From assembly GCA_964603955.1 (NCBI GenBank), contig CAZRWT010000002.1:18014-82013 (forward strand): DNA of 64,000 nucleotides. The letters are read 5' to 3'. The notes below the pieces were generated by a model, which was not told where the DNA came from, did no database searches, and saw only the letters and a list, made by a program, of their open reading frames with translations. Of the stretch, positions 54,501 through 61,900 are shown one piece after another. Within the stretch, counting starts at the first letter, position 1. Each line of letters starts with the position of its first letter. Source of the stretch: an uncultured Syntrophobacteraceae bacterium. GTDB taxonomy: Bacteria; Desulfobacterota; Syntrophobacteria; Syntrophobacterales; Syntrophobacteraceae. Made by a program: the position numbers and the translations under genes.

Positions 54501-55197
54501 GGCCGACCAGTCCCAAGGTCCCGATCAACACATAGACAAGGGCCATGGCGCTTAGCTGCTTTTCGGATTGCGACAAATAAGCCGCCAGGGGTACGGAGAG
54601 GCTGATACCTCCATGAATTTCGCCCACACTGTATCCCTGATCGGCGTGACACTTGAGACAGTTTTTCTCGGTGGTGATGGGCCGCATGAATCGCAAGTAA
54701 GGTTTGCCGTTCATGATTTCCAGGTCGGTTGCCTGTTGTGCTCCCTCCTTGAACGACCGCAGAGCCTCGGCTTCCCAGGCGTCGGGAGCGTTTTTCCGGC
54801 GAATGGGGTTCAGGCTCGTGATGCGTCCCTGTAAGCCGTATTGCTCCCGTCCCAACTCGTATACCTGGCGGGTCATGTAGGCCGGGTTGATGAGGGTGAG
54901 TTGATTGCCGCTCGTGGTGGTCACATCCCGGTCCGGCAAATGTGCCAGGTAGGGGTTGGGCGGCGAGGCTTCGGTGGGCGGGACGTATACACCGCCATGA
55001 GCGGCGGCCCAGCGGCGATAAACCAGGTCTTTCTCGAATGAAGCCCGCGCTTCGTTTTGGGCCAACACCATCATGGAATGGTTTATCTGGTGCCGGTTCC
55101 AGGCAAAGGAAGCTGCAAGCACGACGACCCACAACACCGCGGCTGCTAGAGCCAGGCGATCGGTGGTCTGGAATCTATGCGGCGATTTTTGTTTCAT
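51571..55197 (-). CDS. hybrid sensor histidine kinase: DUF3365 (c-type heme) sensor, 2 PAS, HisKA/HATPase, 2 REC, Hpt
   Basis: 1208 aa. Sensor motif CLKCH within a DUF3365-like domain. Phosphoacceptor motif H-box SHEIRTPMNGV. Motifs GNAVKFT and GGSGLGLAI. REC domains VLVVDN...AIVD and ILVAEDNPVNRQV...DLVLMDVMMPEMDG. Hpt motif AHTIKGMAANL. Confidence 0.9.
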   Translation of the reverse strand: MKQKSPHRFQTTDRLALAAAVLWVVVLAASFAWNRHQINHSMMVLAQNEARASFEKDLVYRRWAAAHGGVYVPPTEASPPNPYLAHLPDRDVTTTSGNQLTLINPAYMTRQVYELGREQYGLQGRITSLNPIRRKNAPDAWEAEALRSFKEGAQQATDLEIMNGKPYLRFMRPITTEKNCLKCHADQGYSVGEIHGGISLSVPLAAYLSQSEKQLSAMALVYVLIGTLGLVGLWVGNRLLRRERDLNEYYLDSIRNCVMALDPTGRVTMINRAGCELLGHAEEEILGRHWFSTFLPQPHGMTDVYPVFQRMMAGEPSSADYFENSVVCRDGTVRLMGWHNTCLKNHDGKILGILSSGEDITARKQIEEQLRKLSRAVEQSPVSIVLTDLDGTIEYVNPAFTRVTGYSFEEAIGENPRILKSSDKNKEEYRELWETISSGREWRGEFKNIKKNGEVFWESASISPIVNDQDHPTHYIAVKEDITERKKAEAALLEARREAEAATQAKSQFLANMSHEIRTPMNGVIGMIELLLDTRLTKEQRRYAEMAQSSGKALLNLVNDILDFSKIEAGRMELEMLDFDLQSLMDDFTATMALSAYEKGLEFLSIMNHDVPPLLRGDPGRLRQILTNLVGNAVKFTEHGEIVVGTSVEQTEDQQVLLRFSIRDTGIGIPEDKTNLLFDKFSQVDASITRKFGGSGLGLAISKQLAEMMGGKVGVTSTPGQGSEFWFTARFTRQKIERPSVVETHKDLRGLHVLVVDNHVGIRTFLAKELTSWGMRPEVADSGEAVLQVLAAAQDKGDPFELAIVDTQIPCMNDGELSRQIKSDPRFQAIPLVMVTSLGRPGDARRYAELGFAAYLNKPIRRSELFDTLVLVMAHMGQRSPTKPIITRHLVRETLHRPKPLPRLSGHILVAEDNPVNRQVALNMLNKLGLSADIVANGREALNALEATHYDLVLMDVMMPEMDGLEATRLIRKREAERMKGEGEKAISPDPSPLASRLSPLPIIAMTAGALQQDRERCIEAGMDDYTAKPVKPDELALVLDKWLQKNASPESKDRNGGLGGGRLDTKSKEPEHLPAHELPLQEFQYTGISQVPSAPIVFNRKALLNRVMDDEELIQEIVEIFLENTPGRIEDLRAAVNAGDAPTARLLAHTIKGMAANLSGEALQALAQEIEDAAGSEDLNAIRDLTAELERRFDQLRKTLQEELRGF

Positions 55198-56723
55198 GGG
55201 AGCGGTGTGTTCGTCATCAGTTCACTGCAGGGTACCACCGCGATGCCTTCTCTGCCAAACCTCTCCACGTTTCGGCGCAGAACTTTGAGTGTGCATTCAT
55301 GGGGATGGCCTATGGCGATGGCTGTTCCCCTGGTCCTGGCTCTGGCGATGAGCTGGTCGATTTGACCACTCACAAACTTTTCGGTTTGGATGTGATCCAG
55401 GAAAATATCCCTTTTTCCCGTGGGAACGTACAATTTTCGCGCGGTGGGCACCACCACGCTGGTGGCCGTGGTGTGGCTGTCCAGGAAAAACATTCCATTA
55501 CGGCCGACTTCTTTCAATACCACTTCCATATGGGGCCCACTTTCGGTGAATTTTGATCCCATATGATTGTTGACTCCACTGAAAAAGGGGCTCGTGTCCA
55601 GTGCTGTCCGCAAGGAAGTTCGGATCGCGTCATCATTCATGGACAGGAGGAGCGCACCGGTTCCGGGGTTTACCTTGGGGTATCCTTTGGGCTCCATGGG
55701 CACATGCAGGAGCACTTCCCGGCCCATGGCATGGGCGAGCCTTGCGATTTCCCGGGTATGAGTCTGGTGGGGAAGAACCGAAAAGGTGATGGCCAGGGGA
55801 ATTTGGAGGAACCTTTTGGCCATGTTCAAATCCTGCCCGAAATCATCGATGACGATGGCGACTCTACCCATGGGAGGCATCAAGTCCGGATCGGTTCTTG
55901 GCGCCGGTGGTGGAGATGCCTCGCGCGGAGTTGCGGCGCTGGGAGGGAGAGCGGCAAGATGTGTGGGCTTTTCCGGAGTTTGTCCACCTGGGGTGGAAGG
56001 CAAAGGATCATCCGGCGGGGGCTGTGCGGCAGGTGCCGCCGGTTCGATGTTTCCCGTGGGCAAGGGGGGATGGGGTTTGGGAATGGCCGCTTGTTGCGGA
56101 GAAGGCGGTGCGATTTTCAAGGAATCTTCCGCTGTTCCGAGCTTTTTGCTTTCGGTATCCGCAATAGGATGCGGGATGCCGTTGTTGTCGCGACTGACCG
56201 TGGTGGGATGTTCGGGCGAAATGACCTGTCGGTGCGAGGGAGTGGCCGGTTCTTGAGCTTCAGGGACAACGACGGGGTCTTCGACCCTGGTGTGAGTGGG
56301 CGGTGAAGGCGGCTTTGCCTCTTTCTGCTTTTGGTTCATGGCAAGAGGGGGGCGGATTTGCGATGAGTTGTCCCGATTGCCGTTTTCAATGCCCCAATAT
56401 ATGAGGCCGGAAAGGACGACCATTACGAGGAGCCAGGCAGCGGTAAGGGGCAGGATAGGGAACGAAAATCCCCATCCTGCCTTTCCCGGTTTTTTCTTCC
56501 CGGCAGTGGTCTTGGATGAGCCGGCAGACCTTTTGGGGCTTTGGGAGATATTGGGCTTTCGGTTTTTACCGGCGGTGGTCTTCCCGGGCTTTTGGGTGTT
56601 TTTATCTGGAGGCATTGGTTTGGCGGATGTGCTTTTGAGCCGAAAAAACTTTTTGAAAATGCTCAGGGCACCCGTTTCTGATTTTTTATCGATGTCGTCC
56701 GGGGTGCCCTGAGAGCTTCTCAT
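55194..56723 (-). CDS. yibQ: divergent polysaccharide deacetylase family protein (YibQ-like) with ~250-aa Lys/Pro-rich N-terminal region
   Basis: The C-terminal domain reads VAIVIDDFGQDL...PLAITFSVLPH...LLHVPMEP...NNHMGSKFT. The N-terminus has one TM segment plus low-complexity P/A/K-rich sequence. Confidence 0.8.
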   Translation of the reverse strand: MRSSQGTPDDIDKKSETGALSIFKKFFRLKSTSAKPMPPDKNTQKPGKTTAGKNRKPNISQSPKRSAGSSKTTAGKKKPGKAGWGFSFPILPLTAAWLLVMVVLSGLIYWGIENGNRDNSSQIRPPLAMNQKQKEAKPPSPPTHTRVEDPVVVPEAQEPATPSHRQVISPEHPTTVSRDNNGIPHPIADTESKKLGTAEDSLKIAPPSPQQAAIPKPHPPLPTGNIEPAAPAAQPPPDDPLPSTPGGQTPEKPTHLAALPPSAATPREASPPPAPRTDPDLMPPMGRVAIVIDDFGQDLNMAKRFLQIPLAITFSVLPHQTHTREIARLAHAMGREVLLHVPMEPKGYPKVNPGTGALLLSMNDDAIRTSLRTALDTSPFFSGVNNHMGSKFTESGPHMEVVLKEVGRNGMFFLDSHTTATSVVVPTARKLYVPTGKRDIFLDHIQTEKFVSGQIDQLIARARTRGTAIAIGHPHECTLKVLRRNVERFGREGIAVVPCSELMTNTPLP

Positions 56724-56733
56724 GCCTTTTGTA

Positions 56734-58047
56734 TCAGTTTAGCCGCATGTCTCCCATGATTCTGTAGCCTTTGAGCAAGTCGAGCGCTCTGCGCAATTGA
56801 TTGTCCTGCGCAAGAATCTTTTGAGCTTCCTCCAGGGCCGCATCCATTTTGGGATCATTGGATGGTTTTGAATTTTGCATGTGCCTGGGGAGATCGATTT
56901 CCCTTAACCTTCTTGGGGTGTCGGGAGCCTCGTCTTGATCCGTGGGCGGCATTTCACGCACAACCAGGATATCCGGTTCGATGCCCTTGGCCTGAATGGA
57001 TCGCCCCGATGGTGTGTAATAGAGCGACGTGGTGAGGCGAATGGCAGACCCGTCCGTCAGGGGAATCACCGTTTGTACGGAGCCCTTGCCGAAAGTGGGT
57101 TCTCCCAGGATGATCGCTCTCTTGTGGTCTTGCAACGCTCCGGCCACAATCTCCGATGCGCTGGCGCTGCCCGAATTCACCAAAACCACAATGGGGTAGT
57201 TTCGGGGGGTGGAATTTCTTTTGGCTTCAAAGCGCATTTTCTGGCTTTCCAGGCGACCTCCCGTATAAACGATGAGGCCCTGTTCCAGGAATTCATCGGC
57301 TACTTCCACGGCCTGATCCAAAAGCCCACCCGGGTCGCTCCGTAGGTCGAGAATGAGGCCGTGCAAGGGATTGTTCACGGCTTCCAGCTCATTGAGAGCC
57401 TTTCTTAAGTCCCCGGCCGTGCCGCTCTGAAACGTGGAAATGCGTACATACCCGTATCCCAGTTCCAGTGTGCGTGACCTCACGCTCTGTATGGAAATGG
57501 TGTCACGCACGATGTTGAATTCAAGAGCCTCCTGCGCGCCCTTTCTGATTATAGTGAGCTTGACGCGTGTGCCCTTGGGACCTCTCATCTTTTGCACGGC
57601 TTCCGTGAGCGTCATGTCTTGGGTCGGCTGGTCGTCGATCCTGACGATCTGGTCTCCGGCTTCTATGCCCGCGCGATCCGCCGGAGTGTCTTCAAGGGGG
57701 GCCACAACGGTAAGGATACTGTCGCGCATGGATATTTCGATACCGAGCCCTCCGAATTTACCCCGCGTTTCCACCTGAAGCTCTTTGTACTCCTCGGGCT
57801 TCATAAAGGAAGAGTGGGGATCGAGTTCCCGCAGCATACCGTTGATGGCTCCGTAAATCAGGTTTTGTGCATCCACGGTTTCCACATAGTTTTCCTGCAC
57901 GATGTTCAGAACATCGCTGAACAGGCGCAGGTACTGGTACATGTTGGAATCGTCCGTGTTGGTTTTGGCCGTCAATGTCGACCATGCAGCGAGCATGAGG
58001 GCGAAACCGGTGACAAGTACAAAAATTTTGTAATTCTTCTTGAACAT
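56734..58047 (-). CDS. ctpA: S41 carboxyl-terminal processing protease
   Basis: PDZ motif GIEAGDQIVRID. Catalytic region LVNSGSASASEIVAGALQD...GEPTFGKGSVQ. N-terminal signal anchor. Confidence 0.92.
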   Translation of the reverse strand: MFKKNYKIFVLVTGFALMLAAWSTLTAKTNTDDSNMYQYLRLFSDVLNIVQENYVETVDAQNLIYGAINGMLRELDPHSSFMKPEEYKELQVETRGKFGGLGIEISMRDSILTVVAPLEDTPADRAGIEAGDQIVRIDDQPTQDMTLTEAVQKMRGPKGTRVKLTIIRKGAQEALEFNIVRDTISIQSVRSRTLELGYGYVRISTFQSGTAGDLRKALNELEAVNNPLHGLILDLRSDPGGLLDQAVEVADEFLEQGLIVYTGGRLESQKMRFEAKRNSTPRNYPIVVLVNSGSASASEIVAGALQDHKRAIILGEPTFGKGSVQTVIPLTDGSAIRLTTSLYYTPSGRSIQAKGIEPDILVVREMPPTDQDEAPDTPRRLREIDLPRHMQNSKPSNDPKMDAALEEAQKILAQDNQLRRALDLLKGYRIMGDMRLN

Positions 58048-58644
58048 GGAATTTCCTCTTTTCCGAATATGGAGATACCTTTGAGGTTCGCTCAGTGTGT
58101 AAGACTTCGCGAATCAATACATTCTCATAGTTGCGCCCGAATTCTCGCGATGACAGCGGTTTGATGGGAACGTGGGCACATGTGCGACGATTGCATCCCG
58201 GCTTTTTGAAAAAAGCAAAAAAATTTCATATCCTATAAAAAGGCTCTTGTAAAGAGTTACCCACGATGCCCGCACGCTCACCTGCTGCGCCGTAAAGCCC
58301 CGTCTTTTCAGGGCGGAGATATAAGACGCTTTCCCTGCCTCTTACAACAAGCAGGAGGCAGGGAAACAATTTATGTTGAGTTGGCAAAGGCTCCGATTTC
58401 ATTTATCTTTTTCCTGTGCGGCGGGGCATGCCGTGTCAGCCTGTGGAGGGGCAGTGAGACCTGGGGGATTATGTGGTTGGTTCAAAGCCGTAAAACTCCC
58501 CACTGTGGGAGCTAAAGCAAAAACCAAGCAGGTTCTTCCCTGGGCAGCCTCGTTGAAGCAGGAACCCCTTGGGACGGCCGCATAAGCCGCTTCAGGAATC
58601 CTCGGCCTTCAGGCCGGGAAGGATGTCAATTGCGTGCGGCTGTA

Positions 58645-60576
58645 CTATTCCGTCAGGCACGCTTCCGTCGGATTGTCGAGCAACAACCGGATCTCGTATG
58701 CCCCTTCCCTGAAGGACCCCTCCACCACGTAACCGAGTTTTGCAAAGACTCCAAAAACCTGCTCATTGCCCGAAGTGATATAGGCCACCAGCTTACGGAT
58801 ACCGTTGCTTCTGGCGATTTCCGCTACATGCTGAATGAGGAAGCTCGCGATGCCCTTTCGTCCGTGGTCGGGATGCACCAAAAAGTCGATCTCCGCCGTG
58901 CCCGTTTCTTCATCTTCCCAGCTATAGCGGCCGATACAGATGATCCGTTCCGCTTCCACATCTCCCATAAGTCCCACAATGGACATCTCTTTATGATAAT
59001 CGATGTTGACCATGCGTGCCACGTCATAGTGGGGAAAAACCTTCATGATGGACAAAAATCGGATGTAAGATTCATCGCGTGGAAGCGAATAAAAAAATTC
59101 TTTCAAAGGCCGTTCGTCGGTGGGTTTGGCCGGTCGAAAAAAAACTTTTGTTTCATCGTGAAAAATCTGTGTCAATTCATAATGAGATGGATAGAGGGCC
59201 TTGGGAGTGCTGAGGTGGACGATACTCTTTCGAAGATAGTTCAACTCCTGTGCCGCGTGGAGGAGCTCCTCTCGAAAGTCGGGATGGGCAATTCCGATGA
59301 GGGCCAGAGCTCGTTCCCGTATGCTCTTGCCGCTAAGATTGGCGATGCCGAATTCCGTGACCACGTACTGCACACCCCCTCGAGTGGTTACAACTCCACC
59401 TCCTTCGGAAAGAGCCGGCACAATACGCGATTTACCCCCATCGAGAGTCGTTGAGGGGAGGACCATGATGGCTTTGCCCTTTTTGGAGGATCGAGCTCCT
59501 CGCAGGAAATCGATGGCACCCCCCACGCCACTGTAAATCTCGTAGCCCTGTGAGTCCGCGCATACCTGTCCCGTGAGGTCCACCTCGAGGGCCGAGTTGA
59601 TGGAAATCATTTTTTCGTTTTCAGAGATCACCAGGTTGTTGTTGACGTATTGAGAGGGGTGAAAGTACACCATGGGATTATTGTTCACAAAGTCATAAAG
59701 CTTTCGTGTTCCCAGGCAAAAGCTGGTGATGATCTTTCCCGGATGAAGGCTCTTGCGCGCATTGGTGATGATGCCGAGGTCGATGAGGTGGAGGTAGGCA
59801 TCGGTGAGCATGTCCGCGTGAACCCCCAGGTCTTTCTTTTCCTCCAGGGCATAGAGGACGGCAGTGGAAACACTACCGACTCCCACGCGAATGGTGGAGC
59901 CGTCTTCAATGAGTTTGGCCACGTTGGTGCCGATTGCCTGCGCGATGGGATTGAGCAGGGGAGGCGCGACTTCCAAAAGAGGCTCTTCGTATTCCACGAC
60001 GGCGTCCATGTCGCGCACATGAATGAAAGCGTCTCCCAGTGTCATGGGCATTTGCGGATTCACCTGGGCAATGACGTAAGCGGCGCTTTCCGTGGCCGCC
60101 TTTACGATGTCCACGGATATTCCGTAGCTGCAAAAACCGTGTTCGTCCGGTGGTGAAACCTGGATGAGAGCCACATCGATAGGAATGGCTCCGCTGCGAA
60201 AAAGCTCGGGAGTGTCTCCCAGGTTGATGGGAGTATAGTCCGCTCGCCCCTCCGCCACGGCCTCACGGCTTGCCGAAGCCACGAAAAAGGACTTTAATCT
60301 GCACTTGTCGAACAGGTTTTCGCTGGTGTACCTGGGCTTGCCGACGCTCAAGATATGAAGGATTTCCAGATCGGAAAGGAGCGGGATGACTTCTTCGAGG
60401 GTTTGAGCCAGGTGCTGGGGTTCTCCGCACCCCGACCCCACAAAGACACGATGCCCGCGCTTGATGGCCGACAGGGCCTTTTCCGCCGTGGTTTTCTTCT
60501 GTTCGTAAATCTCCCGCCAGGGGCGAGGAGACATATCGGTAACGTTTAGCGAGGGTTCTTCTATGAATAGAGGCAT
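58645..60576 (-). CDS. acetyl-CoA hydrolase/transferase family protein fused to a C-terminal GNAT acetyltransferase domain
   Basis: The N-terminal ~430 aa read GSGCGEPQHL...EVDLTGQV...GGAIDF (Cat1/4-hydroxybutyrate CoA-transferase-like). The C-terminus reads FLVHPDHGRKGIASFLIQHV (GNAT motif A-like). Confidence 0.8.
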   Translation of the reverse strand: MPLFIEEPSLNVTDMSPRPWREIYEQKKTTAEKALSAIKRGHRVFVGSGCGEPQHLAQTLEEVIPLLSDLEILHILSVGKPRYTSENLFDKCRLKSFFVASASREAVAEGRADYTPINLGDTPELFRSGAIPIDVALIQVSPPDEHGFCSYGISVDIVKAATESAAYVIAQVNPQMPMTLGDAFIHVRDMDAVVEYEEPLLEVAPPLLNPIAQAIGTNVAKLIEDGSTIRVGVGSVSTAVLYALEEKKDLGVHADMLTDAYLHLIDLGIITNARKSLHPGKIITSFCLGTRKLYDFVNNNPMVYFHPSQYVNNNLVISENEKMISINSALEVDLTGQVCADSQGYEIYSGVGGAIDFLRGARSSKKGKAIMVLPSTTLDGGKSRIVPALSEGGGVVTTRGGVQYVVTEFGIANLSGKSIRERALALIGIAHPDFREELLHAAQELNYLRKSIVHLSTPKALYPSHYELTQIFHDETKVFFRPAKPTDERPLKEFFYSLPRDESYIRFLSIMKVFPHYDVARMVNIDYHKEMSIVGLMGDVEAERIICIGRYSWEDEETGTAEIDFLVHPDHGRKGIASFLIQHVAEIARSNGIRKLVAYITSGNEQVFGVFAKLGYVVEGSFREGAYEIRLLLDNPTEACLTE

Positions 60577-60579
60577 GGA

Positions 60580-61413
60580 TCACCTTTTTTTGTCATTTTT
60601 TAAGCCCTTCTTCAGGAACGGCTTGCATGTTGAATGCTTCGATATGAAAAATGCCAGCAACAGGCCGGTCAGGACCATTGCGATACACAGAATTTGCCCC
60701 ATGGTGAGAGTACTCATGAGGAATCCCAGGTGTGCATCGGGTTCCCGGAAAAATTCGATGAAAAACCTGATGGTACCGTAAAAAGAAAGGAAAAGAGCCA
60801 CCATCATGCCGTCCCGGTATTCTTTTTTTCGAAGAATCCAGAGCACCAGGAACAACACCAATCCTTCTCCAAAAGCCTCGTAGAGCTGTGAGGGATGGCG
60901 GGGTAAGGGACCTGCTCCCGGAAACACCATGGCCCAGGGCACCTCCGAGGGCCTCCCCCACAGCTCCCCATTTATGAAATTACCGATCCTACCCAACCCC
61001 AGGCCTACCGGAGCCGTGACGATCACGCTGTCCGCCGTGGCGAAAAAGGGTAACTTTCTACGGCGGCAGAACAGGTAACCTCCCAGTGCCGCCCCCAGGA
61101 GCCCCCCGTGGAAGGACATGCCCCCTTGCCAGGTGGCGATGATTTCGAGAGGGTTCTTGAGATACGTCAGGTAATCGGTATACTGGTAGAACACGACGTA
61201 CCCGAGCCTGGCTCCCACGATGAGTCCAATGGCGAGAAAAAAGATGAGATCTTGTGCTGTTTGCCCTGTCAGTCCGATCTCTCGAGACCTTTTCTGCCGT
61301 TGTATGAGGAAATAAGATGCCAAAAACCCAAAGACATACATCAGCCCATACCAGCGGATTCTGACGGGGCCTATGCGAATCAAGTCGGGGTCGATGTCGG
61401 GAAACGGAATCAT
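60580..61413 (-). CDS. lgt: prolipoprotein diacylglyceryl transferase
   Basis: Motifs IRWYGLMYVFGF, GGMSFHGGLLG, GRIGNFINGELWGRP and HPSQLYEA. Confidence 0.93.
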   Translation of the reverse strand: MIPFPDIDPDLIRIGPVRIRWYGLMYVFGFLASYFLIQRQKRSREIGLTGQTAQDLIFFLAIGLIVGARLGYVVFYQYTDYLTYLKNPLEIIATWQGGMSFHGGLLGAALGGYLFCRRRKLPFFATADSVIVTAPVGLGLGRIGNFINGELWGRPSEVPWAMVFPGAGPLPRHPSQLYEAFGEGLVLFLVLWILRKKEYRDGMMVALFLSFYGTIRFFIEFFREPDAHLGFLMSTLTMGQILCIAMVLTGLLLAFFISKHSTCKPFLKKGLKNDKKR

Positions 61414-61505
61414 TTTGTCGGATCGCCTTTCTGTTAGAATCCACAGGCTAGCATTCCGAATCTAAAGGGTCAATCAGTAACACGAGTTTCAAGGAGGAGA
61501 AAGTA

Positions 61506-61811
61506 ATGGGTCATCATACACATCACCATGGTCAGGAGCATCATCATAGTCATCAGCATGGTCATCAGCATGCGGGGGAGGATCAAGCCGGCACGGCTGA
61601 ATCGTCCCTCGGTGATCGCGACAAGCTCATTCGCATGCTGGAACACTGGCTACGGCACAACGACGAACATGCTCAATCCTATGGCAGGTGGGCGGACACA
61701 GCCCGGTCCCTTGGGGAGGAAGAAATCCAAAACCTTTTGCAGGAAATGGCCGGGGATGCTCGCAGGCAAAATCAAAGACTACAATCCCTCATTCGCAAGG
61801 CCGCCGGATAG
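61506..61811 (+). CDS. small histidine-rich protein (possible metal-binding)
   Basis: 101 aa. RBS AAGGAGGAG. N-terminus MGHHTHHHGQEHHHSHQHGHQH, followed by a helical region LEHWLRHNDEHAQSY. Confidence 0.6.
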   Translation: MGHHTHHHGQEHHHSHQHGHQHAGEDQAGTAESSLGDRDKLIRMLEHWLRHNDEHAQSYGRWADTARSLGEEEIQNLLQEMAGDARRQNQRLQSLIRKAAG

Positions 61812-61825
61812 CTTTGCGGGCTTCA

Positions 61826-61854
61826 TTGACAGTGAGTGTACCGTGTGCCAATAT
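61826..61854 (+). promoter_or_regulatory. sigma70-like promoter candidate for the aldehyde dehydrogenase gene
   Basis: TTGACA (61826-61831), a 17-nt spacer ending in TGc, then CAATAT (61849-61854). Confidence 0.35.
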
Positions 61855-61900
61855 ACATCGTTTCGTAAGGTAATTCATAAAGTACACGGAGAACGCTAGA

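Noticed and set aside
58590-58625. SRP-RNA-like string CAGGCCGGGAAGGA
   Set aside because: It does not form the helix-8 symmetric loop and GNRA tetraloop arrangement (GGUCC-GGAA-GGAAGCAGC), and there are no flanking complementary arms.
58440-58640. Plus-strand resemblance to a cobalamin riboswitch (GGTTCAAAGCC...CCCCACTGTGGGAGC, and TCAGGAATCCTCGGCC versus the B12 box). Minus-strand resemblance to TPP-riboswitch pieces (CCTTC-loop-GAAGG CCGAGGA ... CCTGAAGCGGCTTATGCGGCCG).
   Set aside because: - Only partial motif matches are present.
- Key conserved elements are missing: CUGAGA, a proper P2/P4, and the GCCACUG/GGGAAG core.
- There is no downstream plus-strand gene.
- The minus-strand downstream gene (ctpA) is about 500 nt away and is not vitamin-related.
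- An Rfam scan would be needed to revive this idea.
58630-59454. 274-aa plus-strand ORF
   Set aside because: It is antisense to the well-supported CoA-transferase-GNAT gene and has no motifs.
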